Part shown: piece after piece, positions 11,802-23,100 of the stretch
Position numbering within the stretch: the stretch's first letter is position 1
Layout: each line of letters begins with the position of its first letter
NCBI GenBank assembly: GCA_044221725.1
Contig: JBGAON010000001.1
Span: 544,001-608,000, forward strand
Length of the DNA stretch: 64,000 nucleotides
Source: Elusimicrobiota bacterium
GTDB lineage: Bacteria > Elusimicrobiota > Elusimicrobia > F11
Direction: 5' to 3'
The notes under the pieces: model-generated
Told to the model about the DNA's origin: nothing
The model's input: the letters and a program-made list of their open reading frames with translations, nothing else
Database searches by the model: none
Program-made: the position numbers and the translations under genes

Positions 11802-12980
11802 TTGAAAAATAACATTAAGCAATTTTTAAGTCGGATCGATTGGATGAACACAACCTTTTTGGTTGTAACGCCGCTGGTGGGTGTTGTGGCCACCATTCTT
11901 TGGTTTGCAAACGATTACTTTAACTGGGGCACATTCGCAGTCTTCCTCTTCATGACGGCCGCCACCGGTCTCGCGATCACAGCTGGCTACCATCGGCTCT
12001 TTTCACACAAAAGTTACGACGCGAATCCCGCCTACAAACTTTTCATGTTGCTTTTTGGCGCCGCCGCTTTTGAAAACACCGCGCTCCGTTGGGCGTCGGA
12101 TCATCGCAACCATCACAAGTTTGTGGATACCGATAAAGATCCGTACAACATCAAACGGGGTTTCTGGTACGCGCATATGGGATGGGTGATGCTTAAGTAC
12201 GACGCCGATCATGTGTACGACAATGTCGGCGACCTTGAGAAAGATCCTCTCGTGATGTTTCAACACCGAAACGGTATTTCGCTGGGCATCCTGGTCGGAC
12301 TTGTTTTTCCAACGATTCTGTGTTCGTTGTGGGGCGACTGGTTCGGCGGTTTGTTTGTCGCCGGCGTGTTCCGCACGGTCATGAATCAGCACTTCACGTT
12401 TTCGATTAACTCGTTCGCGCATTTATTCGGGAAACGGCCGTACTCCGACCAAAACACGTCGCGCGACAGTTGGTTTTTGGCCCTTGTTACGTATGGAGAA
12501 GGCTATCACAACTATCACCATAAATTTCCGTCCGATTATCGCAACGGCATTCAGGCTTACCATTGGGATCCGACCAAATGGCTTATTAAATTGTTGGAGA
12601 AATCGGGTACCACGTACAATTTGAGAAAGATTCCGAACGAAACGATTCTGCGCACAAAATTGAAAATGGACGAAAAGCGCATGCTTAAGAAATTGGAAGC
12701 GGAGGCAGTCCGAGAGCGCCATGTTCCCCATGAATTGGTGGTCGCCGGTCGGATGAAAATTGAAGAAGCTTATGCGCATCTATTGACGTTGAAGGTCGAA
12801 TACCAGCGGCTCAAAGCGGAAAAGTTATCCGCTTTTAACTCGCAAATGCACGCGCGCCTTCAGGTAATGAAAGACGAATTGGCGCACGCGCGCGCACGGC
12901 TGCACAAGGCGTCGGAAGAGTGGAGTCAGTTGTGCGGGACGCTCGGCGTTTCCTCCTCTCGCCTGATGTTCACGAACTAA
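11802..12980 (+). CDS. Delta-9 type acyl-CoA/acyl-lipid desaturase with C-terminal coiled coil
   Basis: His boxes HRLFSH, HRNHH, HNYHH; GEGYHN and WDPTKW motifs. Confidence 0.92.
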   Translation: MKNNIKQFLSRIDWMNTTFLVVTPLVGVVATILWFANDYFNWGTFAVFLFMTAATGLAITAGYHRLFSHKSYDANPAYKLFMLLFGAAAFENTALRWASDHRNHHKFVDTDKDPYNIKRGFWYAHMGWVMLKYDADHVYDNVGDLEKDPLVMFQHRNGISLGILVGLVFPTILCSLWGDWFGGLFVAGVFRTVMNQHFTFSINSFAHLFGKRPYSDQNTSRDSWFLALVTYGEGYHNYHHKFPSDYRNGIQAYHWDPTKWLIKLLEKSGTTYNLRKIPNETILRTKLKMDEKRMLKKLEAEAVRERHVPHELVVAGRMKIEEAYAHLLTLKVEYQRLKAEKLSAFNSQMHARLQVMKDELAHARARLHKASEEWSQLCGTLGVSSSRLMFTN

Positions 12981-13034
12981 CCCCAAAGGCAGGCGTACAT
13001 AGGGACGGAGTCCCTGCTCCGCCCCGTAACATCT

Positions 13035-14396
13035 ATGACATCCGAAAAAGACGTATTGGCGGCGCTTCGCCAAATCGAAGACCCTGATTTGCACCGTGAC
13101 ATTGTGAGTCTGGGTTTCATCAAAAATCTAACAATCTCCGGTGGCAATGTTGGGTTTGAGATCAATTTGACCACGCCCGCTTGTCCGGTGCGGGACGACA
13201 TGCAGGTGGAGGCGAAACGTGTGGTTCAAGAATTGCCCGGCGTTAAATCGGTGGACGTGAAAATGACGGCCGAGGTGCGCAAGAGCCTGGGTGAAGACAA
13301 GTCGGCCATTCAAGGCGTGAAGAATTTTATTGTTGTAGCGAGCGGCAAGGGGGGCGTCGGAAAATCAACGGTGGCCGTTAATCTCGCCGCCGCGATGGCG
13401 CAAACGGGCGCAAAAGTGGGCCTGTTGGATGCCGATATTTATGGACCAACGGTTCCCATTATGATGGGCCCCGATGCCGGTATCGAGGTCGGACCGAACA
13501 ACGAAGTGGTTCCGGCGTTCGCGCACAACGTGAAGTATATGTCGATGGGCTTTATGGCTCCCGGAGACAAGCCGCTCATTTGGCGCGGTCCCATGGCGCA
13601 CCACGCGCTGCAGCAGGCGCTGTTTCATACGAAGTGGGGGGAGCTCGATTATCTTTTCGTCGATCTTCCGCCAGGCACCGGAGACGTTCATTTAACGCTG
13701 GTCCAGTCGACGCCGATTACCGGCGCTGTGCTTGTGTCCACGCCACAGGATTTGGGCCTCACAATTTCATTAAAAACATTTCGAATGTTTGAGACCACGA
13801 ATGTGCGCATCTTGGGAATCGTCGAGAATATGAGCTTCCATATTTGCTCGCATTGCGGTGAACGGGAAGATATTTTTGGAAATGGCGGTGTGGAACAAGC
13901 GGCGAAGCGGCTCCAAATTCCGCTGCTCGGAAAAATTCCGCTCGATCAGTCGGTGCGCGAGCAAGCGGATCGCGGCGTGCCAGTGGTGGTTGCGGCTCCC
14001 GACTCTTCGGTCGCAAAGGTTTACAAAGACATTGTGAAGAAATTGGCCGCGCAAGTGAGCATCGCGAGTTTCTCAAAGAGCAACGCCCAAGTCGAAAAAT
14101 TTGAACTCGGCGACGGCGGAAAAAACATAAAGCTTCACTGGAAGGATGGATCGATCACCGAACACGCGGCGCGCGATTTGCGGCTCGCGTGCCGCTGTGC
14201 CGCATGCCAACACGAATTTACCGGAGAACGGATATTGAAGCCCGAAGCCGTTCCGTCCGACATCAAAATTCTCGACGCGCAGGTGGTCGGTCAGTACGCA
14301 TTGGGGTTCCGCTTCAGCGACGGACATTCCAGTGGGATTTATACGTTTCAGGCGCTCGCCGACCTGCCAAGAAACGGACAGCCTTCGCTGGCGTAG
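13035..14396 (+). CDS. mrp: Mrp/ApbC (NBP35) Fe-S carrier ATPase with N-terminal DUF59 and C-terminal DUF971-like domain
   Basis: DPDLHRDIVSLG/LTTPACP, SGKGGVGKST, DADIYGP, DLPPGTGD, ENMS..CxxC; tail LRLACRCAAC...DGHSSGIY. Confidence 0.9.
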   Translation: MTSEKDVLAALRQIEDPDLHRDIVSLGFIKNLTISGGNVGFEINLTTPACPVRDDMQVEAKRVVQELPGVKSVDVKMTAEVRKSLGEDKSAIQGVKNFIVVASGKGGVGKSTVAVNLAAAMAQTGAKVGLLDADIYGPTVPIMMGPDAGIEVGPNNEVVPAFAHNVKYMSMGFMAPGDKPLIWRGPMAHHALQQALFHTKWGELDYLFVDLPPGTGDVHLTLVQSTPITGAVLVSTPQDLGLTISLKTFRMFETTNVRILGIVENMSFHICSHCGEREDIFGNGGVEQAAKRLQIPLLGKIPLDQSVREQADRGVPVVVAAPDSSVAKVYKDIVKKLAAQVSIASFSKSNAQVEKFELGDGGKNIKLHWKDGSITEHAARDLRLACRCAACQHEFTGERILKPEAVPSDIKILDAQVVGQYALGFRFSDGHSSGIYTFQALADLPRNGQPSLA

Positions 14397-14483
14397 CCGT
14401 CATCCTGGCGTGTCTTAAGCCAAGATCCATTTCCATCGTTCGGTTTAAATGGGCGCTGGACAAAGACATTCCAGCGCGACCTT

Positions 14484-15599
14484 TTAGTGCGGGTGGGTGC
14501 TCTTGAAGTACTCTTCCAAAATATTATCGTTAACCTGAAATCCGGCGCTGCGCAGTTTTTGCTCCATGTCTTCTTTTTCGGTGGCTTTTGTGTACGCCTC
14601 GAGCGGATGAATAAGATTTTTTTTCACCAACCGAATAAGCGCTTCGTTTAACGTTCGCATGCCTTGCGCACCGCTCGATTGAATGGTGGATTGAATCTGA
14701 TACGTTTTCCCTTCTCGGATCAGGCTCGAGATCGCAGGGCTCGACAAAAGTATTTCGAATGCGGCGACGCGACCTTCCGGTTGTTTTTGGCAAATCACTT
14801 GCGAGACAACCCCCAGCAGGGTTGTCGACAACAGCGAACGAATTTGAGCTTGGCGATCGGCCGGAAACATGTCGAGGATGCGGTCAACGGTTGAGGCCGC
14901 CGTGTTTGTGTGCAACGTGGCAAAAACCAAATGTCCCGTCTCGGCGGTTTCGATGGCGGTTTCAATTGTCTCGGCATCTCGCATTTCGCCGATCAAAACG
15001 ACATCGGGGTCTTCGCGGAGCGCTGCGCGCAAGGCAACTTTAAAATCTTTCGTGTGTTGCCGCACTTCGCGTTGATTGATTAGACAGTTTTTCATCGGAT
15101 AAACGAATTCGATGGGATCCTCGATCGTGATGATGTGTTCCGTGCGGACCGTATTGATGTGATTGATAATCGCCGCCAACGTCGTGGATTTTCCGCTGCC
15201 GGTCGGCCCGGTTACGATCACGAGGCCTTTCGTGAGATAGCAGAACTTTTTGATGACTTTTGGCAGTCCCAATTGATCAAGCGTCATGATTTTGGGCGGA
15301 ACCAACCGAAAGACGGCTCCGATGCCTTTGTTGTCGATAAAGTAGTTGCAACGGAAGCGGGCCGCGCCAGCCAATTCGTACGCAAAATCAATGTCGCCGG
15401 CCTGCGTAAACAATTCCCAGCGCGATTTGGGCGCCACTTCCATGAGATAGGTTTTCATCATTTCACTTGTGAGAACCGGTTCGTCGAGGGATTTCATTTG
15501 GCCCCGCACCCGCACCATCGGTGGGCGGCCGGTGCTGAGATGAAGGTCAGAGCCTTCCATCGCGCACAATTGTTTGAAGTATTTGTCCAATTCGGCCAT
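14484..15599 (-). CDS. pilT: Type IV pilus retraction ATPase
   Basis: SDLHL, GPTGSGKSTT, TIEDPIE, ALREDPDV..GEMRD, ETGHLVFATLHT, AISSLIRE. Confidence 0.92.
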   Translation of the reverse strand: MAELDKYFKQLCAMEGSDLHLSTGRPPMVRVRGQMKSLDEPVLTSEMMKTYLMEVAPKSRWELFTQAGDIDFAYELAGAARFRCNYFIDNKGIGAVFRLVPPKIMTLDQLGLPKVIKKFCYLTKGLVIVTGPTGSGKSTTLAAIINHINTVRTEHIITIEDPIEFVYPMKNCLINQREVRQHTKDFKVALRAALREDPDVVLIGEMRDAETIETAIETAETGHLVFATLHTNTAASTVDRILDMFPADRQAQIRSLLSTTLLGVVSQVICQKQPEGRVAAFEILLSSPAISSLIREGKTYQIQSTIQSSGAQGMRTLNEALIRLVKKNLIHPLEAYTKATEKEDMEQKLRSAGFQVNDNILEEYFKSTHPH

Positions 15600-15687
15600 A
15601 TTTTTCTACCTGTTTAATCTAACGGTCCGTCGTCAAATTTCAAGGATAAATTGAAGGAACGTCAGCGGTTTGCATACAATCGGCTTG

Positions 15688-17157
15688 ATGAAAAAAATTT
15701 TTTTAACCTCGTTTGTGCTGGCCGCACTTTCGTTTGGGATCGTACACGCGGATACGCTTGCGCAAATACGCGCGAGCCGCACGCTGACGTGGGGCGGCGA
15801 CATTCAGGGCGGCGAGCCGTACGTGTTTGAAAATCCGGAGAACCCAAAAGAATTAATTGGTTTTGAAGCCGATATCATGAACGAGATCGGCAAACGGCTG
15901 GGCGTGACCCCGGTGTTTAAGCAGAACGCGTGGTCCAATCTTGTGCCGGCGCTCGAGCGTGGCGATTTCGACGTCGCGATGAACGGGCTTGAAGCCACCA
16001 CCGACCGCCAAGAACGCGTGCTGATGTCGCGACCGTATTTTATTTACGTGGAAAAACTCGCGGTTCGGAAAAACGCACCGTTCCGATCGTTAACCGATAT
16101 GAAAGGAAAGCGTATCGGCACTTTGAATCAAACGTTCGCGTACGATCTGCTTGTGGCAAACGGATTCGATCCCGCCAGTTACGGCGGAATTTACGAAGGC
16201 GTGCAAGAACCATACTTGGACGTGGCCAACGGAAAGTTGGACGGCGTTTTGCTTGAGAGCATCATTGCCGACCGCTACGGATGTCCGCTGCCGCAAATTC
16301 GGTGTTTGCCCGATGAGGTTGCCCGCGGCGTCTACGTGATCCTTATGAGAAAAGGAGATGTGGCTTTAAAAGCTGAAATCGACGGTGCGCTGGAGGCCAT
16401 GCTCAAAGACGGCAAAATGAAATCGATTCTCACGAAATGGAATTTGTGGGATGAAAAGCAGTTGGAGCCGCTGCCGGAAATCTCGAAGGTGAACCGCCAT
16501 CGCACGCTCGATTGGGATCAGTTTTCGCTTTTTCTTGCAGGAGCGCTGACCACGCTGCAACTTTCGTTTGCGTCTTTTGGATTGGCGGTACCGCTCGGTT
16601 TTGCGCTGGCCGCCACGCGCGTGTACGGACGCCAGCCGTTTCGGTTTCTCGCCGCATCGTATGTGGAAGTTTTTCGGGGGACGCCGGTGTTGTTGCAGCT
16701 ATATGTGCTCTATTTTGGAATTGCTCCCTACATAAAGCTTGGAGCGTTGCAGGCGTGCGTTTTGGGTCTTGGACTTAACTACGCCTCGTACGAATCCGAA
16801 ATCTATCGAGGGGCGATGTTGGCCATTCCGCGCGGTCAGTCGGAGGCCGCGCATTCGTTGGGTCTCAGCACCTGGCAAACCTTACGTCACGTTATTATGC
16901 CGCAGGCTTTTCGTATCGCGCTTCCTCCAATGACAAACGATTTCATTGCGTTGCTGAAAGACTCGTCGCTGGTGGGCGTTATTGCGGTGGTGGAACTCAC
17001 GAAACGCATGACGATCGCGGCCGTCGATATGCGCGGTTGGCTTATTCCGGGCGTGCTGTGCGCGGCGCTTTACTTCGTGATGAGTTTTCCGTTGGCCATG
17101 ATGGCTCGCAACCTAGAAAAGCGACTTCAATATGATCACCATTCGCGGACTCGTTAA
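15688..17157 (+). CDS. Polar amino-acid ABC transporter, fused substrate-binding and permease protein
   Basis: Signal peptide, family-3 SBP (GFEADI, GDFDVAM), permease YVEVFRGTPVLLQL, EAA loop, LLKDSSL. Confidence 0.92.
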   Translation: MKKIFLTSFVLAALSFGIVHADTLAQIRASRTLTWGGDIQGGEPYVFENPENPKELIGFEADIMNEIGKRLGVTPVFKQNAWSNLVPALERGDFDVAMNGLEATTDRQERVLMSRPYFIYVEKLAVRKNAPFRSLTDMKGKRIGTLNQTFAYDLLVANGFDPASYGGIYEGVQEPYLDVANGKLDGVLLESIIADRYGCPLPQIRCLPDEVARGVYVILMRKGDVALKAEIDGALEAMLKDGKMKSILTKWNLWDEKQLEPLPEISKVNRHRTLDWDQFSLFLAGALTTLQLSFASFGLAVPLGFALAATRVYGRQPFRFLAASYVEVFRGTPVLLQLYVLYFGIAPYIKLGALQACVLGLGLNYASYESEIYRGAMLAIPRGQSEAAHSLGLSTWQTLRHVIMPQAFRIALPPMTNDFIALLKDSSLVGVIAVVELTKRMTIAAVDMRGWLIPGVLCAALYFVMSFPLAMMARNLEKRLQYDHHSRTR

Positions 17158-17818
17158 AAAATTTGGCTCTCTTGAGGTGCTTGCGGGCGTGGACGCGTCC
17201 GTGAATGCCGGAGAGGTTGTCGCGGTGACGGGACCGTCCGGTGTGGGCAAAAGCACGTTGTTGCGTTGTTTGAATTATCTCGAATCGTTTGATGAGGGGA
17301 ATATCGAGATTGCCGGGCATGAGCTGGTTCCGGGCATGAACCACGGCCGCGCAGGGGCGCTGCGCGATTTGCGAGCGTCCGTTGGCATGGTGTTTCAACA
17401 GTTCAATTTGTTCCCGCATTTAACCGCGCTCGAGAATATTGTGCTCGCACCGCAGGTGGTCGCGGGTGTGCCAAAGGAAGAGGCGGCCGCCCACGCAAAA
17501 GAGTTGCTCGAGCGTGTGCACTTAAGTAGCAAAGCGCACAATTATCCGTCACAGCTCTCGGGCGGTCAGCAGCAACGCGTGGCGATCGCGCGTGCGCTCG
17601 CACAAAAACCAAAAGTACTTTTGTTTGACGAACCCACAAGTGCGCTCGACCCCGCCATGAAGCAAGAGGTGTTGGACGTAATGAAGGAACTGGCGCGCGC
17701 CGGCATGACGATGCTGGTCGTCACGCACGAGCTTAACTTTGTATCGTCCATCGCAACCCGCGTATGGGAAATGCAGGCAGGAAAAATAGTGAGGGATCAT
17801 GTCCAAAGCAACCGATGA
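17132..17818 (+). CDS. Polar amino-acid ABC transporter ATP-binding protein (GlnQ-like)
   Basis: GPSGVGKST, VFQQFNLFPH, LSGGQQQRVAIARAL, DEPTSALDP. Confidence 0.94.
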   Translation: MITIRGLVKKFGSLEVLAGVDASVNAGEVVAVTGPSGVGKSTLLRCLNYLESFDEGNIEIAGHELVPGMNHGRAGALRDLRASVGMVFQQFNLFPHLTALENIVLAPQVVAGVPKEEAAAHAKELLERVHLSSKAHNYPSQLSGGQQQRVAIARALAQKPKVLLFDEPTSALDPAMKQEVLDVMKELARAGMTMLVVTHELNFVSSIATRVWEMQAGKIVRDHVQSNR

Positions 17819-18236
17819 TTTGTTGAAGGATCACAAAATGATTCGAAAGATTTTAACCGAATGGAAAACAGGCAACCCTCGTTTTTCGCATGTTCATAAC
17901 ACGCTGACGCGCGTGGTGATTGGTCACGCCTGGTTTGAAGACCAAGTTTTCTTTCCGGTCATGGAAGCGGAACCCGTATTTGCAAAGCGCTTCTTGGACG
18001 AGCTGTATCAAGAGCACAAAGATATCGACGCGCTGCTAAAATTGGTAAGTAAGACTCCGACGGAAAAGCAGCCGCTTCTCGATTATTATGCGACGCAACT
18101 GAAGGTTGTGTTGGACACCCATTTCGCTAAAGAAGAAGATGCGCTGTTTCCCATCGTCGAGAAGATTTTTGATGCGGAAGGCCTCGAGAATTTAAGCGCG
18201 GAAATGCGGCGCCGCCAACACGAGAAAACGGAGTGA
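17799..18236 (+). CDS. Hemerythrin/HHE cation-binding domain protein
   Basis: L..DH, H...ED..FFP, EH..I, HF.KEE..LFP. Confidence 0.85.
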   Translation: MSKATDDLLKDHKMIRKILTEWKTGNPRFSHVHNTLTRVVIGHAWFEDQVFFPVMEAEPVFAKRFLDELYQEHKDIDALLKLVSKTPTEKQPLLDYYATQLKVVLDTHFAKEEDALFPIVEKIFDAEGLENLSAEMRRRQHEKTE

Positions 18237-18276
18237 GCATCATCCTGGATTAAAGATTTCCAGACGACAAGAATTT

Positions 18277-19065
18277 ATGAAACAGTATCTTGACCTATTA
18301 AAAGACGTTCTCGAAAACGGAGAGAAACGGGCCGACCGCACGGGCACGGGCACGCTCAGCTTGTTCGGTGCGCAGCTGCGGTTTCATTTGTCCGAAGGAT
18401 TTCCTGTGCTCACGACGAAAAAACTTCATCTGCGTTCAATTGTTCACGAGCTTCTGTGGTTTTTGAAAGGCGAAACAAACATTAAGTATCTGCGCGACAA
18501 CAACGTCACCATTTGGGACGAATGGGCCGACAACGATGGAAATTTGGGTCCGGTCTACGGGTCGCAGTGGCGCAACTGGGGTGGCACCGGCATCGACCAG
18601 ATTGCGGAACTTGTCGAACAAATTAAGAAAAATCCGCACTCGCGTCGCCACATTGTGAGCGCTTGGAATGTGTCCGACATCAAGAAAATGGCGTTGCCGC
18701 CCTGTCATGCGCTCTTTCAGTTTTATGTTCATACCGATGGGCGATTGTCTTGTCAGTTGTACCAGCGCAGCGCCGATGTGTTTCTCGGCGTGCCATTTAA
18801 TATCGCCAGCTACGCGTTGTTGACGATGATGGTTGCCCACGTGACGGGCCTGGCGCCCGGAGATTTCGTGCATACCTTTGGCGACGTGCATTTGTATTTG
18901 AATCACATTGATCAAGCAAAAGAACAATTGTCTCGCACGCCGCGGGCGTTGCCGACAATGAGAATTAATCCAGCGATCAAATCCATCTTTGATTTTAAGT
19001 TCGACGATTTTACTCTCGAAAACTACGATCCCCACCCCGCTATAAAAGCTCCAATCGCCGTATGA
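18277..19065 (+). CDS. thyA: Thymidylate synthase
   Basis: [39 protein letters not shown]. Confidence 0.98.
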   Translation: MKQYLDLLKDVLENGEKRADRTGTGTLSLFGAQLRFHLSEGFPVLTTKKLHLRSIVHELLWFLKGETNIKYLRDNNVTIWDEWADNDGNLGPVYGSQWRNWGGTGIDQIAELVEQIKKNPHSRRHIVSAWNVSDIKKMALPPCHALFQFYVHTDGRLSCQLYQRSADVFLGVPFNIASYALLTMMVAHVTGLAPGDFVHTFGDVHLYLNHIDQAKEQLSRTPRALPTMRINPAIKSIFDFKFDDFTLENYDPHPAIKAPIAV

Positions 19066-19553
19066 CGCTCTCTATCATTGTCGCGATGACCGAAGATCGC
19101 GTCATCGGCCGCAACAACACGTTGCCGTGGCATTTGTCTGAAGATCTTGTTCGCTTCAAAAAAATTACGATGGGTCACCCGATTATTATGGGACGAAGAA
19201 CGTACGATTCCATCGGGAAACCCTTGCCGGGACGAACCAATGTCGTGGTCACTCGCAATCGCGCTCTTAATATTGATGGAGTCCTGCTCTGCGGAAGTTT
19301 GGCGGATGCGGTCGCCTCCCAAAAAGGCAGCGATGAGATTTTTGTGATTGGAGGGGCGTCGTTGTTTGACGCGGCGCTGCCGATCGCCGATAAGCTCTAT
19401 CTGACGTTGATTCACGAAACGATCTCGGGGGATACGTATTTTCCGATGATTGATTTAAAAAAGGATTTCATAATCACGGAATCAACGGATGATGTCGGCG
19501 TGAAAGCCGACAAGTTGAAATTTTCGTTTATCACTGCCGTACGTAAAAAGTAA
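19062..19553 (+). CDS. folA: Dihydrofolate reductase
   Basis: VIG..N.LPW....[35 protein letters not shown] overlap with thyA. Confidence 0.96.
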   Translation: MTLSIIVAMTEDRVIGRNNTLPWHLSEDLVRFKKITMGHPIIMGRRTYDSIGKPLPGRTNVVVTRNRALNIDGVLLCGSLADAVASQKGSDEIFVIGGASLFDAALPIADKLYLTLIHETISGDTYFPMIDLKKDFIITESTDDVGVKADKLKFSFITAVRKK

Positions 19554-19657
19554 TAAACGAAATAGGAATTCCGGCTGATTTGTCGATCGGAATCTATTTG
19601 TCTTATTTTCTTCATAACCTGGCGCGCCGAACGCCCTTCCTTAATACTTATTCCATC

Positions 19658-20197
19658 ATGAAAACCCACCTCTGCCTAACACTGGCGTTGGCATTTTGTC
19701 TTGGATGCATGCCAAAGAAAATGATGCTCAATACCACGATGAGTCCCGAATTGTCGCTGCCGGATCGCCCGCGTATTGCTGTTCTTCCTATGGAGTTGGC
19801 CGGTTACGCCGACGAAGATTTGACGGTTGTTCGGCAGAATTGGCGCAACATGGTGGAGTCGGGTTTCCTTGAAAACACGTTTCGGGTCGTGGACCGAGAT
19901 GTTGTCGACAACATTCTGCGTGAGCAACATTTCCAGAAATCGGGTGTTGTCAGCAGCGCCACCTCGGTTGAAGTCGGAAAAATTTTGGGTATTAATTTGG
20001 TCTTGACCGGAACCGTGCGCGTCATGGCGTCGGATGGCAGCAAGTTTCATGTGGAACTTCGCATTATCAACGTGCAGAGCGCCGAACTCATGGCAACCAC
20101 GTTCGCGACTGGCGGACCCAGTGTTGGCTACCAGGCGGCGTACGATCTTGCGAAGAAGCTAAAAGCGCATTTCGAGCCGACGCAAAAGGCCACATGA
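19658..20197 (+). CDS. CsgG/HfaB-like lipoprotein
   Basis: Lipobox CLGC; FRVVDR..VD.IL.EQ.FQ.SG.V....VEVGKILG and LRIINV pattern. Confidence 0.75.
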   Translation: MKTHLCLTLALAFCLGCMPKKMMLNTTMSPELSLPDRPRIAVLPMELAGYADEDLTVVRQNWRNMVESGFLENTFRVVDRDVVDNILREQHFQKSGVVSSATSVEVGKILGINLVLTGTVRVMASDGSKFHVELRIINVQSAELMATTFATGGPSVGYQAAYDLAKKLKAHFEPTQKAT

Positions 20198-23100
20198 AGA
20201 AATTTTTTTTTACGTTTCCTGTCTTGTTGGTCTTCTCCCGAATCTTCATGCGGTAGATATTTCGGGGCACATTCGTGACCTCGACGGTAATCCCCTCGCA
20301 AATGTTTTCCTTGTCTTAAGCGGCACATTCTCGTCGACGACGGCCACCGATGCGGCGGGGGCTTATTCATTTTTGGGCCTCGCCGCGAACGGCAATTTCC
20401 TCGTTGTCCCAACATTGGCCAACTACGCGTTCACTCCGTTGGTTCGTTCCTACACCGATGTCACGTCCGATCAAGCCAACCAAGACTTCACGTTCGGAAA
20501 ACTGTGGACCGGTGGAGGGTCCGATGCGTTGGCGTCAAATCCGAACAATTGGTCGGGGCTGACGGTGCCGGTCAGCAGCGACGTGGTTCGTTTCGACGTG
20601 ACAAATTCAACGAAGGGTTGCGTGTGGGACCTCACAACGCAAATGAGTTCGTTCGAAATGAAAGTGGGATTTTCCAGCAGTGTCGTGGCCGTGAGCGACA
20701 TGATTGTGGGCACTGTCACGATTGAGGCCGGAGAATTCCTGATGGGCTCGCACGAGGTGCAAGTTTTTAGAAATTGGAATCACTCCGGCGGCCGCTTCCG
20801 AGCCACGACCGGAGGCACCGTGCGGTGGATGGGCTCGACGCTGCAGACGGTTACCATGGTCAAAACAAGTTTGGGGTCCGGACTTTTCGATAGCTACTTT
20901 GAACATTTTCGCGTGCAGTCCTCGAGTACCGTGCGCGCGGTGTCCGACCTTGTTCTCGATGGGACGTTCAATATCAGCACCGGTCGTTTCGAAGCGATGA
21001 GGTCCACTCACACATTGACGGGCGGAACCCAAACCGGAGCGGGGGGGACTTTCAATTGGGATGATTCGTTTGGAACGTTTGTCGCGGGGTCGGGCCAAAT
21101 CGATTTTGCCAGTGAAATTGGTGGGATTTACCAGATTCGCCAGGGCGGATCGACATCGTTCAACAATGTTTCTGGTTCCGGTGCCACCGGCGTGACCGCC
21201 GTGACGAACTTATCAATTGCAGGAAACTTATCTCTCGGTGGCACCGCAAGCACCGTGCACATGAACGGCGGAAATGGCTTTGCCCTTTCGGTTGCGGGCA
21301 CGACGTCCATTGGCCCCGCCTCCACATCGGGGTCGCCAACATTTTCAATCGGAACAAGCAGCGTGACGTTTCTGGGGCCGGTCGTTGTGGGCACAGCCGT
21401 GTTCGCTGTGCAAGGCGGGCAAGTGAATGTGCAAGGCGGAACATTCACTCTGACGGCACAGGGACAATTTCAAGTTCCAGCCTTGGCCACGAGCCGCATG
21501 GTTCTTTCGAGCAACTCTCTGTTTCGATCAAATGCCGGAACACTGCTCATCCAAGGGTCCGCGGTCTTCACGAGCTCGGCTCCCGGCGTCACGCGCTACG
21601 CGGTCGACATGAATGGCACGGTGAACATTCAAAACTCCGCGGTTTTTTCATCAATGGACGCAAACGGATTTCGGATGCGCTCAAATTCGAATCCGGTCAA
21701 TCTCAAAGGCTTGGATTTCCGAGACGGAATTGCCGGTGGGGCCGGGCTTAACTTTGATCCGGTCACGTTGACGAACGTAACGGTCGATTCCCCGATCTTC
21801 GACGTGTCCATTAGCACAAATATCCGCGCGATATTGGACACGCTCGTCGTGCCAACGTCCGATATCGATGTGATCGATTCGACCGGCGCCCACACGGGAC
21901 CTTCCTTTGAAAACGACCCGAGCGGCATTGTGAATTGGGGGACGATTGGTACGCCATCGAATTTTTCCGGTTTATCGCTGGGCGTCTCGAGCATCACGTG
22001 GTCGTGGACAAAAGTGAATCACCCAACCGGATTTATTGTCGAATCTTCGACGGGCGGCGCGCTGTCGTCCCAATTAAATCAAGCCGCGACATCGTGGATC
22101 GAAGTGGGGTTATCAACGAACTCCGTCTACACGCGGCTTGTGCGTGCTGTGACCGACGTCGGCCAAGCGGATTCTGCGACGGCGTCTCGTTATACCGATG
22201 CCACGTCGGCCTCGAATCTTGGTTTCACTGACGTGGCCGTCACCTCCCTTACAGTAACCTGGGCGCTCAACACAAATCCGGTCGGCACCACATTTGTACT
22301 GGAGCGGTCCACCAACGATGCGGTGTACGTTTCGCTGGCCACGAACACGCTCGCGGCGCTTGTCCCTTATGCGGACACCGGCCTCACGCCCGACAAACTG
22401 TATTACTACCGAGTGAAAGCGGTGAACGGTGACGGGAAGATCGTTTCGACGATCGTCAAAGTTAGCACGCAGACGTTGCCGATCCCCCCGCCGTCTGTTT
22501 TCACAATTGCTCCGTCCACCGTCAACAACTTGGGTGTGAAAAGTTTTTCTCTTACAGGTGCGAACATCCAAGCCGGCGCCGTTGCGCGCCTAAAGCGTAG
22601 CTCTACGATTGTTATCCCCGCGCTTACGTCGAATGTTGTGAGTCAGAGCGCCATGACGGCGTCGTTTGATCTCACCGGCGCTTGGGCTCTCCCATGGGAC
22701 GTTGAAATAGAAAATACCGACGGTCGGTACTCCATTACGAGTGGTTTCAACCTGCTCACCGTGCAAGACGCGACGTCCACGGGGGCCGTCACAATTAGAA
22801 ATTACACGGCGTCCGTGTCCCTCAATTTTGCGACGGGTGGAGGAGAGACCTCCGTGTTTTTTCCGGCCAATGCCATTCCGTCGGACGCCCGGATCTACGT
22901 ATCGGTTGACCCGGTCGGAACACCGCTCAAAGTCGATCCGGCAACCATCGCGAGTGCCGCGGGAACGCTCGCCGGGCTAACGCTTGTGCCAAACACAATT
23001 CGCGAGTTTGCGGCGTACACATCCCAAGGTACTTACACCGCAAGTTTTGGTGGTGCACCGTCGATCGCAATAAACTATCCCGACACCAATTCGGACGGCA

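Noticed and set aside
15688..19553. SBP-permease fusion and thyA-folA pairing
   Set aside because: Both are common, well-described arrangements.
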